From the NCBI GenBank assembly GCA_016215405.1, contig JACRJQ010000006.1, forward strand, positions 481 to 64,480: 64,000 bases of DNA, read 5' to 3'. Below are positions 45,565-54,767 of this stretch, piece by piece (position 1 is the stretch's first letter; every line of letters begins with the position of its first letter). The translations under genes and the position numbers were made by a program. The notes beneath the pieces were generated by a model that had not been told where the DNA came from, searched no databases, and worked only from the letters and a program-made list of their open reading frames with translations. This DNA is from Candidatus Tayloriibacteriota bacterium. GTDB lineage: Bacteria > Patescibacteriota > Minisyncoccia > Phycocordibacterales > UBA6065.

Positions 45565-47448
45565 GTGTTTCTGATCAAAGCCATTCCCATCGCCCGAGGA
45601 GTCGGAGTCGACATGCTTTCGTATTGGAGCCCTGCCGAGGCTCGCCCAGGCTCCGTCATCAGGGTGCCCCTGCGCAAAAGGACCGTCGGAGCCCTCGTGG
45701 TCGAGAGCGTCTCGGCCGCCGAATCCAAATCGGAGATCAAATCGGCCGACTTCGAGATAAAGAAGATAGCGAACCCGCACGCGAAAGCGCTCCTATCCGC
45801 GGAATTCTTCGCGGCCGCCGAAGAGAGCGCGAGATTCCACGCAGGCTCCGTAGGGAGCGTGCTCTTCGACCTCGTGCCGTCGGCGATGCTCTCGGATTAT
45901 GAAAAGCTCCCCGAAGCGAAGCCTCGGATAAAGAGAGGCAAGGCCAGAGAGTCGTTCGTGCTGCAGAAATCTGACGACGACCGCTATGGGCATTACAAGA
46001 GCCTCATCCGCGAGAGATTCGCGCGCAAGGAATCGGTATTTATGGCGATGCCCTCTGCCGAGGACATAAAAAAGGCCTGCTCCTACTTCGAGAAAGGCAT
46101 AGAGCCCTATACCTACATCTTCCATGGCGGGCTCACGAAGAGCGAATCTCTCAAGAGGTGGAAGTCCGCCCTCGAAGATCCGCACCCTATCGTCATCGTG
46201 GCTACCCCTTCATTTTTCTCCCTGCCTCGGCACGATATAGGGCTCGTGATCGCTGAGCGCGAGAGCTCGCGAAGCTGGAAATCGCAATCGAGGCCTTTCA
46301 TAGACGGCAGGTATGTAGCGGAACGCCTCGCGGAAAAGACCGGCGCAGACCTTATATTCGGCGATTCTTGCCTGCGGGTCGAGACCATCTGGAGGCAGGA
46401 GGAGGGCGAGCTCGTCGAATACGCCCCGCTCGCCATGCGCTCCCTCTCGACCGCGCGGAACCTCCTCGTCGACATGAAGAGATACAAGAATCCCGCGCAT
46501 CAGATCCGCATCGTCTCGGACGAGCTGGCGCAGCTCGCGAAGAAGACGAAAGAAGAGAGCGGCCTCCTTTTCGTCTTCGCAGGCAGGAAGGGCCTCGCGC
46601 CGCAGACCATATGTTCGGATTGCGAGACGACCCTCGTCTGCGACAGATGCTCCGCGCCCCTAGTCCTCCACGGAAAGGACGAACGGAGGTTCTTTCTATG
46701 CAACAGATGCGGAAAGCGCTTCGATGCACATACGACCTGCAGGGAATGCGGCAGCTGGCGCCTCGCCGCCTTAGGGATCGGAGCGGAGAGGCTCGAAGAG
46801 GAGTTCCTTTCCCTATTTCCCGACTCTACCGTCCTTAGGCTCGACAAGATATCGGCCCCTACGCACAAGAAGGCCCTCGAGATCGTAGAGAGGTGGTACG
46901 ACTCCCCTGGGTCTATCCTCGTCGGCACCGAGCTCGCACTTCTCTACCTCGATCGACCCGTAGACAACGCGGCGATCGGCTCTCTCGACGCGCTCTTCTC
47001 GATCCCGGATTTCCGCATAAACGAGAAGATATTCTCCATCATCCTCAAGCTCCGCTCCATAGCCCAAAAGGAATTCATACTCCAGACGCGCAACCCCGAC
47101 GCGCCCGTGCTCGCCCAGGGAGCCAAGGGTAATATCATCGATTTCTATCGAGAGGAGATCGAGGGCCGCAAACAATTCGGATTCCCGCCATTCGCAACCT
47201 TCGTGAAGATCTCCTATTCTGGGAAGAAGGACGACGTGCTCGAAGCGATGGAGAGGTTGAAGGTCTCCCTGGCAGGGTGGCAAGTCGACGTGTTCCCCGC
47301 CTTCATCGCGACGGTCAAAAACGAGTTCGTCATGCACGCCCTCATCAAGCTCAAGAGGACCGAATGGCCGCATGCCGAGCTTCTCGACCGGCTACGAGGG
47401 CTCTCCCCTTCCTACGCGGTGAATGTGGATCCCGAAAGCATCCTCTAA
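45565..47448 (+). CDS. priA: Primosomal protein N' (PriA) homolog whose helicase Walker A and B motifs are absent
   Basis: N-terminal 3'-DNA-binding-like domain and the PriA Cys-rich zinc-binding region CSDCETTLVCDRCSAPLVLH...CNRCGKRF...CRECGS. The helicase core carries QKSDDDRYGH at the Walker A position and IAERES at the DExH position; no GKT/GKS occurs anywhere. Confidence 0.65.
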   Translation: MFLIKAIPIARGVGVDMLSYWSPAEARPGSVIRVPLRKRTVGALVVESVSAAESKSEIKSADFEIKKIANPHAKALLSAEFFAAAEESARFHAGSVGSVLFDLVPSAMLSDYEKLPEAKPRIKRGKARESFVLQKSDDDRYGHYKSLIRERFARKESVFMAMPSAEDIKKACSYFEKGIEPYTYIFHGGLTKSESLKRWKSALEDPHPIVIVATPSFFSLPRHDIGLVIAERESSRSWKSQSRPFIDGRYVAERLAEKTGADLIFGDSCLRVETIWRQEEGELVEYAPLAMRSLSTARNLLVDMKRYKNPAHQIRIVSDELAQLAKKTKEESGLLFVFAGRKGLAPQTICSDCETTLVCDRCSAPLVLHGKDERRFFLCNRCGKRFDAHTTCRECGSWRLAALGIGAERLEEEFLSLFPDSTVLRLDKISAPTHKKALEIVERWYDSPGSILVGTELALLYLDRPVDNAAIGSLDALFSIPDFRINEKIFSIILKLRSIAQKEFILQTRNPDAPVLAQGAKGNIIDFYREEIEGRKQFGFPPFATFVKISYSGKKDDVLEAMERLKVSLAGWQVDVFPAFIATVKNEFVMHALIKLKRTEWPHAELLDRLRGLSPSYAVNVDPESIL

Positions 47449-47488
47449 GGCTTTTTGCCTTTTTCGGCTTTTTCTATAGACTGAGGCT

Positions 47489-48019
47489 ATGGTAGCAATC
47501 GTCCAGAAAGACGACCCCGTCCTCAGGCTCAAGGCATCCCCCGTGCCCGCGGCCCTTTTCGATACGCCGAAGCTTCGCAAGATCGTGAAGGACATGAAGG
47601 CGGCCCTGGCATCCCAAGACGACGGCGTCGCGATCGCGGCGCCGCAGATAGGCGTCTCGCTGCGCATATTCGTCGTATCGGGCCGGATCTTCGAGATGCT
47701 CTACCCCGACAGGAAGGAGGAGGACGGCAAGAAGGCATACCCGGACGTCGTATTCATAAACCCGGAGATATCGAAGCTCTCCAAGGAGAGAGAGGAGATG
47801 GAAGAGGGCTGCCTCTCCGTACGATACCTCTACGGAAAGATAGTCCGCGCCAAAAAAGCGAAGGTAAAGGCGTTCGATGAAAAAGGCCAGCCGTTCGAGA
47901 TCGGCGGATCGGGCCTTCTCGCCCAGATATTCCAGCATGAGACGGACCATCTCGAGGGCAGGCTTTTCATAGACCAAGCGACGGACATCCAAGATCTGCC
48001 GCCTAAAGATGACAAATAA
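47489..48019 (+). CDS. def: Peptide deformylase
   Basis: GVAIAAPQIG, EGCLSV and QHETDHLEG motifs. Confidence 0.9.
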   Translation: MVAIVQKDDPVLRLKASPVPAALFDTPKLRKIVKDMKAALASQDDGVAIAAPQIGVSLRIFVVSGRIFEMLYPDRKEEDGKKAYPDVVFINPEISKLSKEREEMEEGCLSVRYLYGKIVRAKKAKVKAFDEKGQPFEIGGSGLLAQIFQHETDHLEGRLFIDQATDIQDLPPKDDK

Positions 48020-48878
48020 GCCCCGCATAGCATTTTTCGGCACGCCCGACCTCGCGGTCTGGGTCCTCGACGCTCTCAAAGAAAAGGGCGTCGTTCCCGA
48101 CCTCGTCATCGCCGCCCCGGACGCGCCTAAGGGCAGAAAGCTCGTCCTCACCCCTCCCCCCGCGAAGTCATGGGCGGATACGAACAAAGTTCCCGTGCTT
48201 CAACCGGCGAGCCTGAGGACTCCAGAATTCGAAGAAGAGCTTCGGTCGAGGGGCCCATGGGACCTTTTCGTAGTCGCAGCCTACGGGAAGCTCATCCCCG
48301 AGAGCGTGCTTTATATGCCGAAACGAAAGACTATAAACGTACACCCCTCTCTCCTGCCCCTCCTGCGAGGCGCCGCGCCTTTGCAGTCGGCGATCCTAAA
48401 CGACATGCGCGAGACAGGCGTCACCATCATGCGCCTCGACGAGAAGATCGACCACGGACCCATCCTCGCGCAGGAAAAGTCGCGGCTCTCTTCATGGCCC
48501 GTAGACCAAGAGACTCTCGGAAGGCACCTGTCCTCTCTTGGCGGCGAGCTCATAGCGAAGCTTTTGCCGGCCATCCTCTCAGGAGAGGCAGAGGAGATCG
48601 AACAAGACCATTCGAAGGCGACGTATACGGAAAAGATATCCAAAGAGAACGGCCTGCTCGACCTCGAAGGAGACGGTTACAGGAACTTCTTGAAGTGGAA
48701 CGCATACAAAGGCTGGCCGGGCACCTATTTCTTCATAGAAAAGAACGGAAAGAAGACCCGCATATCGGTGACGGAGGCAGGGTTCGAGAAGGGAGGGTTC
48801 GTCCTCAAGAGGGTCATACCGGAAGGAAAGAAGGAGATGTCAGGGGAAGAATTCGAGAGATGGGCAAAGACGGCATAG
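48009..48878 (+). CDS. fmt: Methionyl-tRNA formyltransferase
   Basis: IAFFGTPDLAV..., NVHPSLLPLLRGAAPLQSAI; overlaps the def end by 11 nt. Confidence 0.9.
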   Translation: MTNKPRIAFFGTPDLAVWVLDALKEKGVVPDLVIAAPDAPKGRKLVLTPPPAKSWADTNKVPVLQPASLRTPEFEEELRSRGPWDLFVVAAYGKLIPESVLYMPKRKTINVHPSLLPLLRGAAPLQSAILNDMRETGVTIMRLDEKIDHGPILAQEKSRLSSWPVDQETLGRHLSSLGGELIAKLLPAILSGEAEEIEQDHSKATYTEKISKENGLLDLEGDGYRNFLKWNAYKGWPGTYFFIEKNGKKTRISVTEAGFEKGGFVLKRVIPEGKKEMSGEEFERWAKTA

Positions 48879-48905
48879 AGAAAACGGCGCCCCGCGCCGT
48901 TTTCT

Positions 48906-49070
48906 CTACTTCAATATATCTGCGTACTCTTTGAGGTTATCGCGCTGCTTCTCCTGAAGGAATCCCGTGTCTTTGAACGCCACCGAGATGAAATAGAACA
49001 AGCTGCCTATAAAGAGGAGCGCGAGAGCGCAGAACGACACGAGCTGCTTGTTTATCTTCTGGAGGTTCAT
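48906..49070 (-). CDS. Possible small membrane protein (54 aa), below the ORF-track length cutoff
   Basis: Own translation gives MNLQKINKQLVSFCALALLFIGSLFYFISVAFKDTGFLQEKQRDNLKEYADILK; its start lies 9 nt after the hpf stop. Confidence 0.25.
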   Translation of the reverse strand: MNLQKINKQLVSFCALALLFIGSLFYFISVAFKDTGFLQEKQRDNLKEYADILK

Positions 49071-49078
49071 AGCGCGTT

Positions 49079-49462
49079 CTATTCCGAATCCCTCATCCAG
49101 GGCAGGCCCTTGAGCATGTTCTTGAGCTTGAGGCCGGACCTCCTTACGAAATCTATCTTCTTCGCCTTCTTCGAACGGAGCGCCTCTACGATCTCGTCCT
49201 TCGCCGCGATGATCGCCGCGTAGAGATCCTCCTTCTCTGCTTCCGACCTCAGGCTCCCTATCCTCGAATGGAAGTTTATCTCGGCACGAAAGATCTCGCC
49301 TGACCTATGATGGTTGGTCGACTTTCCGACCTCGATATCCGCGAGGGCGCTGGTATCTGTCGGGTCGACGTACTTATCGAGCGCCTTTACGGCTTTCTCG
49401 ACGGCCGCCTCTATCGCGGGAGTAAGCTCGATCGAAGTCCCTTTGAGTGTTCTTTTGATCAT
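49079..49462 (-). CDS. hpf: Ribosome hibernation promoting factor (HPF/RaiA, short form)
   Basis: IELTPAIEAAVEKAVKALDKY...IEVGKSTNHHRSGEIFRAEINFH...LYAAIIAAKDEIVEALRSKK. Tandem TATAATCA boxes lie just upstream. Confidence 0.8.
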   Translation of the reverse strand: MIKRTLKGTSIELTPAIEAAVEKAVKALDKYVDPTDTSALADIEVGKSTNHHRSGEIFRAEINFHSRIGSLRSEAEKEDLYAAIIAAKDEIVEALRSKKAKKIDFVRRSGLKLKNMLKGLPWMRDSE

Positions 49463-49535
49463 ATCGTTCTTGATTATAGTGATTATAAAGGATTCCTCGC
49501 TCGCTTCCTATACCCCACGAAAGAAGGCGTAAGCC

Positions 49536-49946
49536 CTAGGGAGCGGAAGATGCGCCGAGGGAGCCTATGACGAAGGATCGGAGCCTATTCTCAGGGCTGC
49601 TTTGACCTTTATGCTGGGCGTCGAAAGCCTCGGTACCGTCCTTGCCGCAAAGAGAGAGTACCGCTTCCGCGCCTCCCGGATGCGATCCGATCCAGGGAGT
49701 AAGGTCGTACACCGAACCTCGTATCGCGCTCCAACAGCTCTCCTTCCCTGCGTGCTTTGCGACGTCAAGAAGGGTGTAAATGGATTCCGGAGCCGTAGCC
49801 TCTGCGCCCGAGGGCGAAGGGCTCTTATCCTCGTAAGCGTCCTTCCCGTCATTCGTCCCGAAGGCGATCACCGAGCCAAAGACGAGCGCGATCCCAAAGA
49901 CCGCCGACAGGATGACCTTCAATTTTCTATCCATCGTCTGGTTCAT
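49536..49946 (-). CDS. Membrane-anchored cytochrome b5-like heme-binding domain protein
   Basis: N-terminal TM, then LLDVAKHAGKESCWSAIRGSVYDLTPWIGSHPGGAEAVLSLCGKDGTEAFDAQH (the HPGG motif). Confidence 0.7.
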   Translation of the reverse strand: MNQTMDRKLKVILSAVFGIALVFGSVIAFGTNDGKDAYEDKSPSPSGAEATAPESIYTLLDVAKHAGKESCWSAIRGSVYDLTPWIGSHPGGAEAVLSLCGKDGTEAFDAQHKGQSSPENRLRSFVIGSLGASSAP

Positions 49947-50011
49947 ATACCCTTATTCTAGCAGAAAGGCGGGCTTCGCTCCCGCGAAGCCCGCCTTACG
50001 ACCCCGCGTCT

Positions 50012-50620
50012 CTAGAGGTCGTTCTCCCTCCTGTACGACATAAGCGCGTTTACCGCATATCCGGCGAGGCCGACGAGCGAAAGGCCGAGCACGACCGCCA
50101 TCCATATCCTCCCCGAACCGAGGCCTGTCTCTGCCGCGGACGCGGATAGATCGGAAGGATCGATGTTCTGAGAGCTATTAAAGGCTATGGCCTCTGCCGG
50201 AGACAGATACCCTATCTCGTCTGCAGCCTCGTCTGAAAGGAACGCCTCGAGCGCCGGGTCGTAGCCTCCGCCGGTGCCCGCCGTCTCGACCGAAGCGAGA
50301 GCGGCGTCATCTATTATCATGACCGCAGACTCACTGCCCCCTGAAGCCGTCATACCCCTGTTGAGGCGAGCCGAGGAGGATCTCCCTCCCCCGCCCGAAA
50401 CCGAAGCATTCTCGGACGCCGCGGACGGTCCGTTCTCGGCCGGACCGTCGCCGCTTACCGAGGCCACCAAAGCTCCGTCGGCGTAGCTCTCCTCTTGGGA
50501 TTGGCCTCCTCCTGACCCTACAGTGCCTCCGACCTCAGAGGCGAGAGCGGCGCCGAAGCCGCTTACGGCGATCGCGGCCGCGAATATCGGTACGAGCGCG
50601 ATTTTGAATGTGCTGTTCAT
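50012..50620 (-). CDS. Secreted Gly/Ser/Ala-rich protein with a C-terminal TM anchor and a basic tail
   Basis: Signal peptide, a low-complexity acidic G/S/A region, and C-terminal IWMAVVLGLSLVGLAGYAVNALMSYRRENDL. Confidence 0.5.
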   Translation of the reverse strand: MNSTFKIALVPIFAAAIAVSGFGAALASEVGGTVGSGGGQSQEESYADGALVASVSGDGPAENGPSAASENASVSGGGGRSSSARLNRGMTASGGSESAVMIIDDAALASVETAGTGGGYDPALEAFLSDEAADEIGYLSPAEAIAFNSSQNIDPSDLSASAAETGLGSGRIWMAVVLGLSLVGLAGYAVNALMSYRRENDL

Positions 50621-50649
50621 ATGGTTTTCTCTATCTGCTTAATCGCTAA

Positions 50650-53600
50650 TTATTCCTCAGAGCTCTGGATGCCGTAATAAGTTCCATACGAGCCGTTCTG
50701 AGCGCCTGAAGGCACTTTCATCTCGACCTTTATCTGTATCTGAAGGCCGGGAGCGGAAGGATCGAGGTCGGATACGATAGCCATCGGATCGGAATATACG
50801 CCTGCCGCAGCCATGACGATCGGAACGGACGAGCTCGCCTGCTCCGACGATATCCTCATATTGCCTTCCATATCGACCGAAGACACGCCGTTCGTGTGGA
50901 CCCAATCGCCGAACTTCATCCGCACGACCTGTTCGTCCGATGGAACCGTCACGTTGAACGTCCACTCCCAGCCCTGGCCGAATCCGCCTCCCGCCGTCGC
51001 GGTCGATCTGACCTGAGAGATAGAGCTCACGCCGAGAGCGCCTTGCTCCACATCGCCCTCTATCTGACCGTCGGTATAAGAGCCGTTCCCGTTCACGTCT
51101 ATAGCGAGCGCGTTAGGGTCGAGAGCGACGATCGATACCGACTGATTCGCTCCGTTCGTAAGGACGCATGAGATCGGGATCTCTCCTGCTCCGCGGTCGG
51201 GATGTCCTAGGGCTACCACGTAATTGAGCCTATAGAGCCCTGCGCCGAGATTGTCGAGGCTCGTCACGTCTACGCCGTTTATCCTGCAGGCTCCGCCTAT
51301 CGCAAGGTCGGTCTGGTTATGGAACTCCTGGAAGTAGACCCTTCCGACGCCTCCCAAGGTGAGAGTGCCCGAACCAGGGGTGATGCTCGCCCATGCGAGC
51401 TGAGGCGTGGTCGAGCTGTTCTGGTTTCCACCGCTCCCGTCTCCGCCACTAACGTTCTCCCCGTCGATCATCCCATCGTGATCGGTGTCGATCGCTACGG
51501 TATTCGCCTCGGTAAAAGCGCTCACCGTGGTCGTCGCTCCGGCGGAATCTTTGATGACGCAACTGAACGGCACAGTTCCAGGAGCTCTCTCGGTATCGCC
51601 AGGGCCGACAGTGTAATCGACACGATAATGGCCGTTATTGAGGTGTTCAAGAGGCCCGACCGCTACGCCGTTTACTGTGCATGAGCCGCCCAAAGACAGA
51701 CCGGTATCGAACGTCGCCGATTGGAAATGGACGAAGATATGGTCGCCAGCGAACCTCATTCCAGCGTTAGGGTTCGCAAATACGGATGAGAAGGCTATCG
51801 GAGTGGTCGTGGCTGTCGGAGGGGTCGTGGTGCCGTTTCCGCCGCTATTATTCCCGCCATTCCCGCCGCCTCCCTGCTCTGCTATATCGATCGCTACCGT
51901 ATTCGAGTCCGTGAAAGCCGATACGGTGGTCGTCGCTCCCAGAGCGTTCTGGAAGGAGCACGAGACCGGGACCTGTCCTGCTGTCCTCTCTACGTCGCTC
52001 TGTCCAACGGTGTAGACCACCTTATAGAGGCCGTCTGTGAGATTCTGGAACGTGCCCGCGACGCTTACACCGTTCACGGTACAGGCGCCCGCGAGCGTCA
52101 CGTCGGTCGCCGTGCTCGTCGCTTGGAAATAGACCTCGAGATCCGCGCCTACGCCGAGGATACCGGTATTCGGCACAGCCTCGACCTCGATGAACGAGAG
52201 CGCAGGCGTCGTCGTAGCGACCGGCGGGGTCGTGGTGCCGTTCCCTCCCGCATCCTCGATATCGATAGCTAGAGCGTTACCGTCTGTAAAGGCCGAGACC
52301 GTGGTCGTCGCTCCAGCGGAATTTTGGAGCGCGCACGATATCGGTATCTGGCCAGCCGCCCTCTCCGCATCGTTTTGCCCGACGGTGTAGTTGACCCGAT
52401 AGAGCCCGCCTGTGAGATTCTGGAACGTCCCTGCGACGCTCACCCCGTTCACCGTACAAACTCCTCCGAGGGATATGTCGCTCGCGTCGCCCGTCGCATC
52501 GAAATAGACATCGAGCGTAGCGCCCGCGCCGACCGTGCCGCTCGAAGGGACGATGCTTACGGCTTCGATGATCGACGGAGTGGTCGTGGCCCCTCCTTCG
52601 TCATCCATCGCGTCGATGGCGACCGTGTTTCCGTCCGTAAAGGCCTCCGCGTTGAGGACCGGCCCGCCCAACATGCCGATAGAGCACGCTATCGGCACCT
52701 CCCCCGCAGCCCGGCTCTCGTCGTCCGAGGCGACGGTATACGTGAACTTGTAGAAGCCGGCCCCGAGGTCTTCGAACGTCGGAGTCAGTTCGGTATTGTT
52801 CACGTAGCAGACCAGAGGCAAGAAGCCCTCGCTCCCCGATCCCTCTTGAAGGTATATCTCGAGGTCGTCTCCGACGGTAAGCGTGCCCGAAACAGGGTTA
52901 GCGAACACCCCAGCGATGAAATTCGACTCGCCGCCAGTAGGCTCGACGATAGCGCCGTCTCCGTTAGAGTCGATCGCCACTGTATTCCCGTCGGTCCACG
53001 CAGACACCGATGCGGCAATGCCGGAATCTCCGCCAAGCGAGCAGTTGACGGGTATCTCTCCCGCCTCTCTCTCGGCGTCCGTCGACCCGACGGTATAGAT
53101 GAACCTGTAAAGCCCGCCGGAGAGGTCCTCGAAAGTGTCCGAGACGTCGACGTTGTTCACGAAGCATGCCCCGAACGGAGACAGGAAGCTCTGGCCAGGG
53201 GCTTCGAGATAGAACTCTACATCCTGGCCTGAAACGCGAATGCCCGAGCCCGGTACGAGAGACGCCGTGACGGCATCGCCTTCGCCCGAGCCTCCTGAGG
53301 TTATGTCGATCGCCACCGTGTTGCCGTCGGTGAACGAGACCAGGCGCACGGATCCGGTATCGTTCTGCATCGAGCAGTCAATCGGGATCTGACCCTGCGC
53401 CCTCTCCGTATCGCCCGCACCGACCGTGTAGGCTACTCTGTACCTGCCGTTCGACGTATGCGCGAATGTCGATGCCACATCGACTCCGTTCACGTAGCAG
53501 CCGGTAGGGCCGACCGCGAGGTCGGGAGAAGGCAGAGGGTCTTGGAACCAGACGACGAGAGAGTCACCCGCGTCGAGCGTGCCGGAACCCGGCTCAGCGG

Positions 53601-54456
53601 TCGTCGTGAAGCCGAGGGTGTTAGTCCCGTTCGAGATCGATCCATCGTCGTTCGTATCTATCGAGAGGGTATTCCCATCGCTCCAAGGATGTTGGGCGCG
53701 GACGGTGCCGTCCTGATTCCCGAGAGTACAGTCGAGGAGAACCCAGCCCGCGGGCCTTTCTGCGTCGTTCCCGTCGACCGTGTAGGTCACTCGGTAATGC
53801 CCGCCCCCGATGTTCTGGAAAGTGCCGGATACATCGACGTTATTGACCTTGCACGACCCCGCGAGCGAGAGGTTCGTAAATCCATGGGATTCGGTGAACG
53901 TCACCTCTGCGGTGTCGCCTTCGGAGATAGAGCCGGAACTAGGCATTATAGAGACAGAGGAGAGCGAGGGCAAAGTCGTCGTGCCAACGCCTCCAGGCTC
54001 TTCGCTCGCATCTATCGCGACCGTGTTGCCGTCGTCGAACGCCGTGACCGTGACCGTCCCTGTCTGCTGCAGCGTGCAGCTTATAGGGACCTGGCCCGCT
54101 GCACGATCGGTATCGCCTCCGCTTACCGTATATGTGAATTTAAAGTGGCCGTCGGTGCCCGTCGTGAGATTCTCGTAGGTAGAAGTCACGTCGACTCCGT
54201 TCACAAAGCACGAAGGGGACACGACCGGATTCGAGTCGTTAGGATCGAGAGGGACCGTCATATGGACCTCGAGGCTGCCGCCCGGTTCGAGCGTCCCGCT
54301 GCTAGGCGTCGCATATGTATGTATGCCGTTGTTCGCGTGCGCGACGGGGATCGTGTATGAAAATCCAGGGATGCTCGAAGCGGCGAGCGCCACGAGAGTC
54401 AAAAGCGAAAAGGCCTTCTTGAAGGCATTGGGTCGCGAGAGCGTTTTAGTGTCCAT
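50650..54456 (-). CDS. Giant secreted surface protein (1268 aa) built from about 11 tandem repeats of roughly 100 aa, each with two Cys
   Basis: Signal peptide MDTKTLSRPNAFKKAFSLLTLVALAASSIPGFS. The repeat pattern is C(T/F)VNGV(D/S)V..TF.NL..G.Y...YTVG..D.ER.AG.(I/V)P(I/V).C......G...V.AFTDGNTVAID. The long + strand ORFs inside it (52324..53232, 53458..54360) are antisense artefacts. Confidence 0.7.
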   Translation of the reverse strand: MDTKTLSRPNAFKKAFSLLTLVALAASSIPGFSYTIPVAHANNGIHTYATPSSGTLEPGGSLEVHMTVPLDPNDSNPVVSPSCFVNGVDVTSTYENLTTGTDGHFKFTYTVSGGDTDRAAGQVPISCTLQQTGTVTVTAFDDGNTVAIDASEEPGGVGTTTLPSLSSVSIMPSSGSISEGDTAEVTFTESHGFTNLSLAGSCKVNNVDVSGTFQNIGGGHYRVTYTVDGNDAERPAGWVLLDCTLGNQDGTVRAQHPWSDGNTLSIDTNDDGSISNGTNTLGFTTTAEPGSGTLDAGDSLVVWFQDPLPSPDLAVGPTGCYVNGVDVASTFAHTSNGRYRVAYTVGAGDTERAQGQIPIDCSMQNDTGSVRLVSFTDGNTVAIDITSGGSGEGDAVTASLVPGSGIRVSGQDVEFYLEAPGQSFLSPFGACFVNNVDVSDTFEDLSGGLYRFIYTVGSTDAEREAGEIPVNCSLGGDSGIAASVSAWTDGNTVAIDSNGDGAIVEPTGGESNFIAGVFANPVSGTLTVGDDLEIYLQEGSGSEGFLPLVCYVNNTELTPTFEDLGAGFYKFTYTVASDDESRAAGEVPIACSIGMLGGPVLNAEAFTDGNTVAIDAMDDEGGATTTPSIIEAVSIVPSSGTVGAGATLDVYFDATGDASDISLGGVCTVNGVSVAGTFQNLTGGLYRVNYTVGQNDAERAAGQIPISCALQNSAGATTTVSAFTDGNALAIDIEDAGGNGTTTPPVATTTPALSFIEVEAVPNTGILGVGADLEVYFQATSTATDVTLAGACTVNGVSVAGTFQNLTDGLYKVVYTVGQSDVERTAGQVPVSCSFQNALGATTTVSAFTDSNTVAIDIAEQGGGGNGGNNSGGNGTTTPPTATTTPIAFSSVFANPNAGMRFAGDHIFVHFQSATFDTGLSLGGSCTVNGVAVGPLEHLNNGHYRVDYTVGPGDTERAPGTVPFSCVIKDSAGATTTVSAFTEANTVAIDTDHDGMIDGENVSGGDGSGGNQNSSTTPQLAWASITPGSGTLTLGGVGRVYFQEFHNQTDLAIGGACRINGVDVTSLDNLGAGLYRLNYVVALGHPDRGAGEIPISCVLTNGANQSVSIVALDPNALAIDVNGNGSYTDGQIEGDVEQGALGVSSISQVRSTATAGGGFGQGWEWTFNVTVPSDEQVVRMKFGDWVHTNGVSSVDMEGNMRISSEQASSSVPIVMAAAGVYSDPMAIVSDLDPSAPGLQIQIKVEMKVPSGAQNGSYGTYYGIQSSEE

Positions 54457-54767
54457 AATGGCTATGATTTGCTAGCTGATAATCGAGCAATAAAAAAGAC
54501 CCGATACCGAGTCCTCTCTATTAGGGCCAAAACCTGCTGCCGAGGTAAGGTCCAAGACTCCTTTTCCGGCGAAATTTCTGCGCCTCAGCTCTAATACGCG
54601 GATATCGTCCCCCACCGGTTCAAACCACGACTCGCCTCCCACAGAAGCGGAAGAGCCGTCCCGACAGGCCATGAATTACTTCGTCGAACCGGCTTCGTAT
54701 CTATCTATGATGGCCGGAAAACGCATTCCGGCCGAAAGGCGATGGATTATCCATTTAAAGAACGCTG

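Noticed and set aside
52324-54360. Long + strand ORFs (52324..53232 and 53458..54360, 302 and 300 aa) inside the 1268-aa repeat gene
   Set aside because: They are antisense artefacts of GC-rich repeats with Arg-rich translations.
54712-54733. 8-bp GC hairpin ggccggaa-aacgca-ttccggcc in the divergent promoter region
   Set aside because: No U-tract follows on either strand, so it is not a terminator. A possible regulatory site, but with too little support to call.
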